Shown piece after piece: positions 9,176 through 18,179 of a stretch of 38,679 nt of DNA. Position 1 is the first letter of the stretch; every line of letters begins with the position of its first letter. Origin of the DNA: a virus (Duplodnaviria > Caudoviricetes); the IMG/VR virus record IMGVR_UViG_3300020045_005470, positions 1 through 38,679 of that record. One strand, written 5' to 3'. The position numbers and the translations under genes are program-made. The notes under the pieces were generated by a model that was not told the origin of the DNA, ran no database searches, and was given only the letters and a program-made list of their open reading frames with translations.

Positions 9176-9375
9176 AAACAACAAAACCATTTCAAGACCT
9201 ACTTAACATATCAGGTCTTACACAAACAGAATTTGCAGCACGTTTTGAAACTTCAAAGCAAATGATTTCAGACTGGAAAAATGGACGTAAAAACTGCAAA
9301 GTTGAAACCTTACAAAAAATAGCCGAATCGTTTGGCTATACATTAAATATTGAATTTAAAATAGAGAAAAAATGA
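9172..9375 (+). CDS. XRE-family HTH regulator (Cro/CI-like)
   Basis: GLTQTEFAARFETSKQMISDWKNG...ETLQKIAESFG. Confidence 0.9.
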   Translation: MKTTKPFQDLLNISGLTQTEFAARFETSKQMISDWKNGRKNCKVETLQKIAESFGYTLNIEFKIEKK

Positions 9376-9452
9376 AAGCATTATTAGTCCTTATCGCAGC
9401 TATTATTATAATAGTAACAATACATATATTAACCCCTCAATATTACAAATGA
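9372..9452 (+). CDS. Tiny single-TM peptide (26 aa)
   Basis: MKALLVLIAAIIIIVTIHILTPQYYK; ATGA overlaps at both ends. Confidence 0.5.
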   Translation: MKALLVLIAAIIIIVTIHILTPQYYK

Positions 9453-9679
9453 TGATACTACTCACCACATTAATACTCGCAATATTCCTGTTTTTAGCAC
9501 TAGTTGCGTTATACATTTCCTTTACCTTAGGAATGGATTTAAACGAAGAAAACGAAGCGTTGCAAGAACGTTTAAAAGAAATCGAAAAAGAGTTGAAATT
9601 TCAAATTGACTTAAAAAAGATGTATGAGATTGGATATGATAAATTGAAACAAAATGAAAACGCCCCAACAAATATCTAA
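9449..9679 (+). CDS. TM plus coiled-coil hypothetical protein
   Basis: Hydrophobic first ~27 aa then heptads. Confidence 0.65.
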   Translation: MMILLTTLILAIFLFLALVALYISFTLGMDLNEENEALQERLKEIEKELKFQIDLKKMYEIGYDKLKQNENAPTNI

Positions 9680-9917
9680 AATTTGCGGAACAACTTGGGA
9701 AATAGTTTACCGAGCGATTCAAAGATTAAATATCATTCCAGTACATAAAAAAGGCAGGATATGTTATTACGATGAATTTCAATTTGAGTTGATTATTGAT
9801 AATTTGTTTTATACCGGAAAAATAGAATATTTGATTTATGAAAGCAAAATGAACATCCCGGAAGTAGAAGAAAGTTTTGAGGAATTTAAAAAGAGAACTT
9901 ATGGAAAAATTAATTAG
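9654..9917 (+). CDS. Putative MerR/excisionase-like HTH protein
   Basis: TPQQISKICGTTWEIVYRAIQRLNI.P...GR...Y pattern. Confidence 0.5.
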   Translation: MKTPQQISKICGTTWEIVYRAIQRLNIIPVHKKGRICYYDEFQFELIIDNLFYTGKIEYLIYESKMNIPEVEESFEEFKKRTYGKIN

Positions 9918-10371
9918 TATGACTGATTTTGTTTTAGAGCAAGATAAAAAAGCAAGTTTAGGCGGTGCTTATGATAAAATTGTTAGATACGCCAAATTCC
10001 TTAAACAATCTTTAACGCTCGGAATGTTTGTCCCTTGTGATGAAAATGGAAACGTATTAGAAGAAATAAACGAAGATTATCCAAATAATGTTGAATATTT
10101 TGAAGAGATTGAACAGTATAATAAAGCTAAAAAAAGATGTTTGTTTGAGGGGTTTGAGTGTAATTATTTTGATTTAGGAGGTGCTGAAATAACTAATAAG
10201 TCATCTTTCGAGATTATAAATAAAGATAATATTCAGATTTGTATATATAAATCAAAGCCAAATTATTTTATTTGGAATAATACAAATGGAAAAGAACATC
10301 CTATAATCGAAGACCTTATAAAATACAAACCATTACTAACTCCTACATCACAAAAACAATTATCATTATGA
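9901..10371 (+). CDS. Hypothetical phage protein
   Basis: Start moved to MEKLISMTDFVL; long ORF within the operon. Confidence 0.7.
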   Translation: MEKLISMTDFVLEQDKKASLGGAYDKIVRYAKFLKQSLTLGMFVPCDENGNVLEEINEDYPNNVEYFEEIEQYNKAKKRCLFEGFECNYFDLGGAEITNKSSFEIINKDNIQICIYKSKPNYFIWNNTNGKEHPIIEDLIKYKPLLTPTSQKQLSL

Positions 10372-10547
10372 AAGAGTATAAAGGAATAAACTGGAATAGA
10401 CAAAAACAACGATGGATAGCAACGATAAATAATCATCATTGCGGTTCATTTACAGACCAAATTGAAGCGGTTCGATGCCGTGATATGTATATTATTACGC
10501 ATGGATTGGATTTGAAAAAATTACAAATTTTAAAAAAGAAATTATGA
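10368..10547 (+). CDS. Stand-alone AP2-like DNA-binding domain protein (59 aa, not in ORF track)
   Basis: MKEYKGINWNRQKQRWIATINNHHCGSFTDQIEAVRCRD matches AP2 pattern YKGV.W......W.A.I....G.F....EA...D; ATGA overlaps. Confidence 0.65.
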   Translation: MKEYKGINWNRQKQRWIATINNHHCGSFTDQIEAVRCRDMYIITHGLDLKKLQILKKKL

Positions 10548-10732
10548 AAACAGCAGTAAAAACAACAATTAAAGCGAATGAGAATTTAACAGTTAAAGAA
10601 AGTGTTCAAAACATTTATGATGCATTAGCGGATAAACACGCATTTATTATGCTTACATTGGTATCGCATAGCGGAACAGAAACGAAAGTAGGAATTAAAA
10701 AAACTTCTATTAAAATGTTTAAGCAATTATGA
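10544..10732 (+). CDS. Hypothetical protein
   Basis: ATGA overlaps at both ends. Confidence 0.6.
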   Translation: MKTAVKTTIKANENLTVKESVQNIYDALADKHAFIMLTLVSHSGTETKVGIKKTSIKMFKQL

Positions 10733-10887
10733 AAGATTTAATCGAAAGAATACTAAAACTACGTGAAGAAATAAAAGATTTGACCCTCGGTAAAAATGCC
10801 ATTCAAAACGAAATAAACAAGAAAAAAGAAGTTTTGGAAGAGTTGGAAAAACTTACCGTTAATCAATTAGAGTTGTTTGAGCAATGA
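10729..10887 (+). CDS. Small coiled-coil protein ending QLELFEQ (52 aa, not in ORF track)
   Basis: MKDLIERILKLREEIKDLTLGKNAIQNEINKKKEVLEELEKLTVNQLELFEQ; ATGA overlaps. Confidence 0.6.
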   Translation: MKDLIERILKLREEIKDLTLGKNAIQNEINKKKEVLEELEKLTVNQLELFEQ

Positions 10888-11075
10888 AAGTTTTATGTAA
10901 ACATTGCGAAAATCTTTGCAAAAAATTTGGAAGGATTGAATGTGAAGATTACAAAAAGACCAGTATTGATGATTTAGAAAATCAAAGAAAACAACTTTTG
11001 GTATCTGGACAAAATCCAGCTTTATTAAAAGAAATTCAAAGAAAGCTAGATTATTTTAATTGGGGTATTAAATAA
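10884..11075 (+). CDS. Small four-Cys protein (paralog of 18499..18687)
   Basis: CKHC-x3-C-x7-C-x2-Y. Confidence 0.65.
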   Translation: MKVLCKHCENLCKKFGRIECEDYKKTSIDDLENQRKQLLVSGQNPALLKEIQRKLDYFNWGIK

Positions 11076-11080
11076 TTTTG

Positions 11081-11186
11081 TATATTTGCTTTATAGTTGC
11101 CGTCTCACATTACGAAACAAACGGAATTATAACTAATCCGATAATGAACATAGAAGTGAGACGCTATGGGATTTATCGGATTTTTT
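11081..11186 (+). promoter_or_regulatory. Promoter plus structured leader/attenuator A
   Basis: TAtaTTTG 11081-11088; cgtctcac 11101-11108 complementary to gtgagacg 11156-11163 in the loop of hairpin aatccgataa/ttatcggatt (11135-11182) followed by T tract. Confidence 0.75.
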
Positions 11187-11198
11187 AATTTATATTAT

Positions 11199-11570
11199 AT
11201 GGATAGAATTTATCATCGTTATGAAAAATGGGAATGTTTTAAAAATGGATTTTTTAGAAATGTTTCTGGACAAGAAAAAATACCTTTATCTGAAAAGGTT
11301 ATAGAGTTATTTAATGATTCTGAAAAAACAAAGGAATTTATGTTTAAGGTTATAAGCGAATGGAAATATTCGTGTGAACACAATTTAAGCAATTTATCAT
11401 TAAATCGAGTTGCTTGGCTTGGACAGTCAGCGTGCTGTATTTATGCTAAAATTCCATATTCAATCACAATGGAAAATTGGCGAAATGTTCCAAAAGATAA
11501 ACAAGATATTGCCTGCGATATTGCAGAAAAAATAATTAAAGAGTATGAATTATGCCTAAAATCTATTTAG
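11199..11570 (+). CDS. Hypothetical protein heading the IbrAB-like operon
   Basis: Start moved to MDRIYHRYEKWE (ATG 11166 lies inside the leader hairpin); overlaps the next gene. Confidence 0.75.
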   Translation: MDRIYHRYEKWECFKNGFFRNVSGQEKIPLSEKVIELFNDSEKTKEFMFKVISEWKYSCEHNLSNLSLNRVAWLGQSACCIYAKIPYSITMENWRNVPKDKQDIACDIAEKIIKEYELCLKSI

Positions 11571-12766
11571 AACAAAACGTTTACGATGCAGCGGTTGAAA
11601 GAGTAAAATTTACTTTTGACAACTTTGAAAAAATATATCTTTCGTTTTCGGCCGGAAAAGATAGTACCGTAATGCTTCACATAGTAATGGATGAGGCAGT
11701 TAAAAGAAATGTAAAAATAGGACTAATGATAGTTGACTTAGAAGGACAGTATAAATTAACTATTGATCACATGAAAGCTTGTATTGAAATGTACAAAGAT
11801 AATATTGATTTATATTGGGTATGCTTACCTATTCACTTAAGAAATGCCGTTTCTGTATTTAAGCCATTTTGGAAGTGCTGGGATTCAGAAGTAAAACAGG
11901 ACTGGATTAGAGAGCTGCCTAAACAATCCATTTCAGACCCTAAATTTTTTCCATTTTTTCGTGACGGTATGGAATTCGAGGAATTTGTTCCAGAGTTTGG
12001 TGAATGGTATTCTCAGGGCAAAACTTGTGCGTGCTTGGTTGGAATTAGAGCAGACGAAAGTCTTAATCGCTATAGAACCATTGCAAGTGATAAAAAAATA
12101 AAATTTCAAAATAAGCAGTACACTACAAAAGTTACTGACAATATTTTTAATGTTTACCCAATTTACGACTGGAAAACAGAGGATATATGGACTTATCACG
12201 GTAAAAACAAACACAAAAGGCACAATGGATTATATGATATGATGCAAAAAGCTGGCCTATCAATTCATTTGCAACGCATTTGCCAACCATATGGAGACGA
12301 TCAAAGAAGAGGTCTGTATCTATTTCATTTAATTGAGCCAGAAACTTGGGCAAAAGTAGTGGCAAGAGTTGAGGGCGCAAATAGTGGTGCATTATACGTT
12401 CAAGATACCGGAAACATAAACGGTTACGGAAAGATAACAAAGCCTATGCATCATACTTGGAAGTCGTTTTCTGAATTAATATTAAATACTTTGCCGGAAG
12501 TTACATCTGAACATTATAAAAATAAAGTTTTCACTTTTATTAAATGGTGGGAAGAAAGAGGTTATAAAGACGGCATTCCCGATGAAGCACCATCTATTTT
12601 AGAGAGCGAAAGACTCGCGCCATCTTGGAGACGTATATGTAAGTCATTATTAAGGAATGACTATTGGTGCAAAGGACTTGGATTTACCCAACACAAAACA
12701 GATGCTTATAACAAGTATTTAAAACTAAAGAAAGAACAAAGAGAATTAAACAATTTTAAATTATAA
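11552..12766 (+). CDS. ibrA: PAPS-reductase-like PP-loop protein with DUF3440 (IbrA/YbdN-like)
   Basis: SFSAGKDS PP-loop, GIRADES, YPIYDW, RICQPYG, PSWRRICK motifs; adjacent ParB-like gene. Confidence 0.85.
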   Translation: MPKIYLEQNVYDAAVERVKFTFDNFEKIYLSFSAGKDSTVMLHIVMDEAVKRNVKIGLMIVDLEGQYKLTIDHMKACIEMYKDNIDLYWVCLPIHLRNAVSVFKPFWKCWDSEVKQDWIRELPKQSISDPKFFPFFRDGMEFEEFVPEFGEWYSQGKTCACLVGIRADESLNRYRTIASDKKIKFQNKQYTTKVTDNIFNVYPIYDWKTEDIWTYHGKNKHKRHNGLYDMMQKAGLSIHLQRICQPYGDDQRRGLYLFHLIEPETWAKVVARVEGANSGALYVQDTGNINGYGKITKPMHHTWKSFSELILNTLPEVTSEHYKNKVFTFIKWWEERGYKDGIPDEAPSILESERLAPSWRRICKSLLRNDYWCKGLGFTQHKTDAYNKYLKLKKEQRELNNFKL

Positions 12767-12771
12767 TAATT

Positions 12772-13419
12772 ATGAAAAATCAAATTATATCACTTATTCA
12801 AGAGCTGCAAAAATTAAATGTAGATGAAAAAGTACAAGCTATGAATGAAATAAAAATAGCAATGCACGAAATAAGCCCTTTTAATTCTGAGCCTGTAGAT
12901 TGTGTTTTATGGGTAAAAAATGAAACTATACACGCTAACGACTATAACCCAAATAGCGTTGCGCCTCCAGAAATGGAATTGCTTAGGCTTTCAATAAGTT
13001 CAGATGGATATACACAGCCAATTGTTTCTATGTTGGAAGACGATATGCAAACGAGGGAGGTTATAGATGGGTTTCACAGAAATAGAGTTGGAAAAGAATG
13101 TGAGGAAATTCAAAAAAGAGTTCACGGATACTTGCCAGTAGTTACGATTAATGAAGACAGGACTAAAATAAATGACCGAGTAGCCTCTACTATTAGACAT
13201 AACAGAGCTAGAGGAAAGCATAAGATTGACGCCATGAGCGATATTGTTATTGACTTGAAAAAACGTAATTGGAGCGACGCAAAAATATCTAAAAATCTTG
13301 GAATGGATCAGGACGAGGTTTTGAGGCTTTGTCAAATTGGAGGTTTGGCCGAATTGTTTTCAGACAAAGAATTTTCTAAAAGCTGGGAAGCTGAAAATTA
13401 CCAAGATGATGAAATATAG
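12772..13419 (+). CDS. ibrB: ParB/Srx N-terminal domain protein (IbrB/YbdM-like)
   Basis: NDYNPNSVAPPEM, GYTQPIV, VIDGFHR, STIRHNRARGKH, C-terminal HTH. Confidence 0.85.
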   Translation: MKNQIISLIQELQKLNVDEKVQAMNEIKIAMHEISPFNSEPVDCVLWVKNETIHANDYNPNSVAPPEMELLRLSISSDGYTQPIVSMLEDDMQTREVIDGFHRNRVGKECEEIQKRVHGYLPVVTINEDRTKINDRVASTIRHNRARGKHKIDAMSDIVIDLKKRNWSDAKISKNLGMDQDEVLRLCQIGGLAELFSDKEFSKSWEAENYQDDEI

Positions 13420-14143
13420 CAATGACAAAAGAGTGAGTTTTGATAGTAAGACTCACTCTTACTTTTTAGGTAAAAAAAGACTTGAATCGGTAACGACTTT
13501 ATTAAGTACGTTTAAAAACAAATTTGATTCTGAATACTGGAGCAAAGTAATAGCCAAAAGAGAGAACAAAACACAGGAAGAAATACTCGAACAATGGAAG
13601 GAAAAAGCTAATAAATCCTGTGAAATAGGAACGGCAATACATAAGATATTTGAAGATTATACGTTAGGGAATTATTCGTTATTACACAATGAAATTTCAA
13701 TTGATTTTTTTGACATAAAGCCGGAATATTTTACAGAATTTCACGCAAAAGCAATTGTAACAACTAATTTTATAAAAGACTTTTTTCTAACTAAAAGAAT
13801 TATTCCTTTACATTCCGAATACATTTGCTATAACGAATCGATTGCCGGGCAAATAGATATGATATGTACAGACTCAAAAGGAAATTATTACATTTTAGAC
13901 TTTAAAACAAATGAGAAAATAGATTTTGAGTCTTATAAGAATACGAAAATGCTGGGTATTTTAAACTTTATTGACGATAGTAGTTATTGGCATTATTGTT
14001 TACAGCTATCTATTTACAAAGAGTTATGTAAAGAATTTGATATAAGAAAATTATTTTTAGTTCATATAACAAAAGAAAAATATCATTTTATTGAGTGTGA
14101 AAACATTTTAGAAAAAATAAATTTAAGTGATATAATTCAATAA
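13406..14143 (+). CDS. PD-(D/E)XK exonuclease-like protein
   Basis: SVTTLL, GTAIH, IAGQIDMI...ILDFKT, HYCLQLSIY motifs; start moved to MMKYS. Confidence 0.85.
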   Translation: MMKYSNDKRVSFDSKTHSYFLGKKRLESVTTLLSTFKNKFDSEYWSKVIAKRENKTQEEILEQWKEKANKSCEIGTAIHKIFEDYTLGNYSLLHNEISIDFFDIKPEYFTEFHAKAIVTTNFIKDFFLTKRIIPLHSEYICYNESIAGQIDMICTDSKGNYYILDFKTNEKIDFESYKNTKMLGILNFIDDSSYWHYCLQLSIYKELCKEFDIRKLFLVHITKEKYHFIECENILEKINLSDIIQ

Positions 14144-14150
14144 AATTTAT

Positions 14151-14252
14151 TATATTTGTGTTTGTATTATTGGTGGAGCATTAATACACAGAAAAACATT
14201 ATTGACTATCCTATCAGGGCGGAACTCCACTTCCAAACTGATAGGATTTTTT
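14151..14252 (+). promoter_or_regulatory. Promoter plus structured leader/attenuator B
   Basis: TAtaTTTG 14151-14158; hairpin tgtatta/taataca with loop gtggag (14173-14178); hairpin atcctatcag/ctgataggat (14208-14247) with loop ctccac (14225-14230) followed by T tract. Confidence 0.8.
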
Positions 14253-14257
14253 ATATT

Positions 14258-15802
14258 ATGAAAAAAACACTTTACCCACATCAAAAAGATTTCCTTGATG
14301 AAATACTTTTAAAAATTAAAGAAGTAGATTCTGTTTGTTGCCAATTAAGTACAGGCGGCGGAAAGACCGTAGTGTTTACAGAGCTAGTTAAAATTTTAGA
14401 TTCAAAGACATTAATTTTAGTTGATAGTATTGATCTTGTAAATCAAACTTTTGATACATTTAAAAAACAAGGTGTTGACGTTGGTTGTATTTTGGCTGGA
14501 AATACAAAAATACCTGAAAATAAAGTAATTGTTGCAATGATAAAAAGTCTTTGGAATAGACGTAAAAAAATGCCATTATTTGAAGTTTGCATAATCGACG
14601 AATGCCATTTATGGGAGGTAAATAAGCTATTTGAATTTTTACCAAACTGCAAACGAATTGGATTTACAGCAACCCCAGTAAGATTAAAACGAACCAAAAT
14701 AGACGATGAGTATTCGGAAGTTGAAACGATGTCGCAATGGTATGATAATATTGTATGCGGCAAACCAATTAGCTGGTTAATGGAGCACGGATATTTAATA
14801 CCAGAAAAAAACGAATACATTGACTTTGACTCATCAGGATTAAAAACAGATGCAAGCGGTGAATTTACCGCTTCTTCACTAAAAGAAGTATTCCAAAGTG
14901 AAACTTATAAAAATGCACTTCGTAAAACTTTTGATAAATTATGCGACGGTAAAAAAACTTTACTTTTCACTTCGTCAACCGAAACTAACGCAATTTATGC
15001 AGAACTTTTTAGCGATAAAAACGTAAAAACATACGATAGCGTAAATAATAATCCAAACGAACGCGATGATATTGTAGAATGGTTTAGGACTACACCGGAT
15101 GCCGTTTTAATTAATACCGGATGTTTCACAAAAGGTTTTGACGTTTGCGATGTCGAGGTAATTTTAATGGCACGCGCAACAAAAAGCCTTTCGTTATGGA
15201 TTCAAATAGCTGGCCGTGGAGCTCGTAAAACCTCAAAAATAGAAAAACCTTATTTTTTATTAATCGATGGGGGTAACAATAATGAAGAACACGGAATATT
15301 TAGTTTTGATAGGGATTGGAGAAAGATATTTTTTGATAAACAACGAAAATCATATTTAAAAGACATTTACGAATGTGAAGAATGCGGCTTTAGTTTTGAG
15401 AAAAAAGACAAAATATGTCCTAATTGCGGGTGTGAAATTCCTGAAAAAGAAAAACCGGAAGAAGTTGAACAAAAGGAGTTTGTAATTAAAGGACAAAAAA
15501 ATAAGATTTTACCCCCTACTTTAGATTTAGAATTTCATATTATTAAGGGTCATTCTAAATATGAAACATTAAAGATTTTAAGAATGAAGTGGATTACTTT
15601 TTTATGTAAATTAGACCTCCCATTTAATGACTTCATTTGGCACGAAAATAAAGGAAATTTCCAAATGAGATTTAATAAATTTTTAAGACCGTTATTTTTT
15701 AAAATATTAGCTTCAATTTTAAAAGATGGAAAACATACAAAATACAATACTGTTTGCGAAAAAATACTAACCGATACTAAAATAAAAAAATATGAAATTT
15801 AG
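14258..15802 (+). CDS. Superfamily 2 DExH helicase with C-terminal zinc ribbon
   Basis: LYPHQ, TGGGKT, DECH, TATP, KGFD, QIAGRGAR, CEEC...CPNC; start moved to MKKTLY. Confidence 0.92.
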   Translation: MKKTLYPHQKDFLDEILLKIKEVDSVCCQLSTGGGKTVVFTELVKILDSKTLILVDSIDLVNQTFDTFKKQGVDVGCILAGNTKIPENKVIVAMIKSLWNRRKKMPLFEVCIIDECHLWEVNKLFEFLPNCKRIGFTATPVRLKRTKIDDEYSEVETMSQWYDNIVCGKPISWLMEHGYLIPEKNEYIDFDSSGLKTDASGEFTASSLKEVFQSETYKNALRKTFDKLCDGKKTLLFTSSTETNAIYAELFSDKNVKTYDSVNNNPNERDDIVEWFRTTPDAVLINTGCFTKGFDVCDVEVILMARATKSLSLWIQIAGRGARKTSKIEKPYFLLIDGGNNNEEHGIFSFDRDWRKIFFDKQRKSYLKDIYECEECGFSFEKKDKICPNCGCEIPEKEKPEEVEQKEFVIKGQKNKILPPTLDLEFHIIKGHSKYETLKILRMKWITFLCKLDLPFNDFIWHENKGNFQMRFNKFLRPLFFKILASILKDGKHTKYNTVCEKILTDTKIKKYEI

Positions 15803-17963
15803 CTTTTACCAAAATATAAAAGACCTTAATAAAACCGATATTGATTTAGAAAATTATATTGATATTGTTAAAAACGGTAAGTATCAGGATTTAGTTTTAA
15901 CGGCTCGTTCGGTTAAAAAAGACGTTCAAAAATATAAGGAACTAAAAAACCAAATGCCAGTTATTACAGGTTCAGCAGTAATGAATCAAGGCAGTAAAAA
16001 TGCTTCAAATATTTTAGAATTGAATGGTTTAATTGTGATTGATATTGATGATGATGTAGATTTACAATTGTTAAATAAAATTAATGAAGATAAATACACT
16101 TTTGTTTCTCATCGTTCTTTTGGAGGTGACGGGCTTTGTGTATTTATAAAAATTAATCCAAATAAGTTTTTGGAATCGTTTAATGAAATTGGACAATATT
16201 ATTGGGATACGTTCAATATTATGATTGATCAAAGTTGCAAAAATAAAAACCGTTTGCGCTTTTTGTCTTATGACCCATATATTTTCCAGAATGAAAAAGC
16301 GGTTAAATTTATTGCAAAAACAAAAGAAAAAAAGATAGTAAAGAAAGATTTTATCTTTGTTCAAGATGACTTTAGCCAAATTATAGATAAATTAAAAGGT
16401 ATTGATCTATGCCAAGATGACTATAAAAGATATTGCGACATTGGTTTTGCAATAGGTTCGAAGTTTGGAGATTCTGGATTAAATTACTTTAAAGCAATTT
16501 GCCAAAATGGATCTAAATATGTAGAAAAAGATATTGAAAAACACTATAAAAACTTTTGTAAAGGTGGTAATATAACGATTGGAACATTTTATCACTATGT
16601 AAAAAGCGAAGGAATAGAAGTTTATTCTGAACTTACAAAGAAAACTATTGCAACGGTGGCAATGCAAAAAACACAAGGTACACCTACAATTGAAAGTGTA
16701 AAAAAACACGTTACTGAGGTTTTAAAATTAGAAGCTCCAACAGACGAATTAATTTTGGATATTATTAATTCAAAAATTGATTTACAAGTTGAGAGTGAAG
16801 AAACCGAAGTAAACCAGTTAAAAAACTTTATTCACGAAAATTACAATCCATACCGGGATTCAATCACAAATGAAATTTTTATAAACGATAAAATTTTAGA
16901 TGACATAAAATTAAATTCTATTTACTTTTCTGCTAAAAATTGTCTTGATTTTAACGTGAATAAGTCAGACGTTCGAGATATGATAAATAGTGAGGCAACA
17001 CAAGTTATTAATCCATTAAATGAATTTTTTAGTAACAAAGAGTTTGAAACTGGAAATATCGAAAAATATGCAGATTGCATTTATCCAAATTCAGATTATA
17101 ACCGCTGGGCTTTTAAAAAGTGGCTTATTGGTTCGGTTCATAATTGGATTAGTCCACATCACGAAACAAAAGTAAGCCCCTTAACTTTAGTTCTTTGTGG
17201 TCAAAAACAAGGGACTGGAAAGACTTCTTTTTTTAGGAACCTATTGCCAAAAGATTTACGAAAATATCTAATTGAGCACCGCATCGATGCAAAAGATAAA
17301 GATTCAATTTACAACCTTGTAAAAGGACTTTTAGTTTTAGATGATGAGTTTGGGGGACTAGCCACAAAAGACGTAAAAGACTTTAAAAAAATAGCCGATG
17401 CAAACCAAATCGACATACGTTTGCCGTATTCCGCTTTTTACTCAAAAATGAAACGTAAAGCCTCTTTATGCGGCACAAGCAATGAGCGTGATGTTTTAAA
17501 AGATGTTACCGGAAATAGACGTATTTTACCTATAAATGTGGAAAGTATCGATTATGATCGAATGATAAAAATCAATACAGATGATTTATGGCGCGAAGTG
17601 TTTGATTTATACCGTAAAGACTTCGATTGGAAAATATATAGTAGTGATGATATTGAATATTTGAAAAGTAATACATCATTTAATCTTGAAGTTATGCCAG
17701 TCGAAGAAATATTTTTTGATACTTATTCTTTAGAAGAAAATGGAAAACATACAGAAGAGCAAATTTTAAATCAAGGTCAAATTTTACATAAGCTAAATTC
17801 GGTAATGTCTTTTAATATTTCAAAATACGATATTAAGGATATACTTACAAAAAACAAAATAATTTACAAATCTTATAAAAGAAATGGAAAAGTAGTTTTC
17901 GGATTAAAATTATTTACCGAACCGATATTTAATCAAAATGAAAGTAATAACGTACCTTTTTAG
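15792..17963 (+). CDS. Primase-helicase (BT4734/VirE N-terminal domain, PriCT-like, VapE/VirE P-loop)
   Basis: IVIDID, HRSFGGDG, DQSCKN..RLRFLSYDP; Walker A GQKQGTGKT; LDDE; DVTGNRR. Confidence 0.88.
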   Translation: MKFSFYQNIKDLNKTDIDLENYIDIVKNGKYQDLVLTARSVKKDVQKYKELKNQMPVITGSAVMNQGSKNASNILELNGLIVIDIDDDVDLQLLNKINEDKYTFVSHRSFGGDGLCVFIKINPNKFLESFNEIGQYYWDTFNIMIDQSCKNKNRLRFLSYDPYIFQNEKAVKFIAKTKEKKIVKKDFIFVQDDFSQIIDKLKGIDLCQDDYKRYCDIGFAIGSKFGDSGLNYFKAICQNGSKYVEKDIEKHYKNFCKGGNITIGTFYHYVKSEGIEVYSELTKKTIATVAMQKTQGTPTIESVKKHVTEVLKLEAPTDELILDIINSKIDLQVESEETEVNQLKNFIHENYNPYRDSITNEIFINDKILDDIKLNSIYFSAKNCLDFNVNKSDVRDMINSEATQVINPLNEFFSNKEFETGNIEKYADCIYPNSDYNRWAFKKWLIGSVHNWISPHHETKVSPLTLVLCGQKQGTGKTSFFRNLLPKDLRKYLIEHRIDAKDKDSIYNLVKGLLVLDDEFGGLATKDVKDFKKIADANQIDIRLPYSAFYSKMKRKASLCGTSNERDVLKDVTGNRRILPINVESIDYDRMIKINTDDLWREVFDLYRKDFDWKIYSSDDIEYLKSNTSFNLEVMPVEEIFFDTYSLEENGKHTEEQILNQGQILHKLNSVMSFNISKYDIKDILTKNKIIYKSYKRNGKVVFGLKLFTEPIFNQNESNNVPF

Positions 17964-17967
17964 GCTA

Positions 17968-18179
17968 AAAGGTAATAAGGTAAGAAAAAGGTAATAAAAA
18001 AACATTACCTAATAAGCCCAATGAGAATAAGACTTAAACCCAAAGGTAATAAGGTAAGGTAAATTTATTATAAAACTCTACAAATAATTTCATTTTACAT
18101 ATATTACGCATATTATGAATTTTTATATTTTTTCTAAACTCTTTTAAAATAAAAATATTACCCCTAAAAACATTACCTA
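17968..18179. repeat. Iteron cluster, putative replication origin
   Basis: aaaggtaataaggtaag x2 (17968-17984, 18042-18058), aaaaacattaccta x2 (17998-18011, 18166-18179), AGGTAA units on both strands around an AT-rich core, right after the primase. Confidence 0.75.

Noticed and set aside
11166-11198. ORF-track upstream starts (11166; likewise 4809, 6128, 13337, 14156, 22905, 30430)
   Set aside because: They fall inside hairpins, promoter boxes or upstream genes; downstream starts fit translational coupling better
11552-12766. Auxiliary metabolic cysH for sulfate assimilation
   Set aside because: The long C-terminal extension and ParB partner match IbrA/YbdN rather than CysH
17968-18179. CRISPR array
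   Set aside because: Repeats are short, irregularly spaced and in both orientations, without unique spacers; no cas operon
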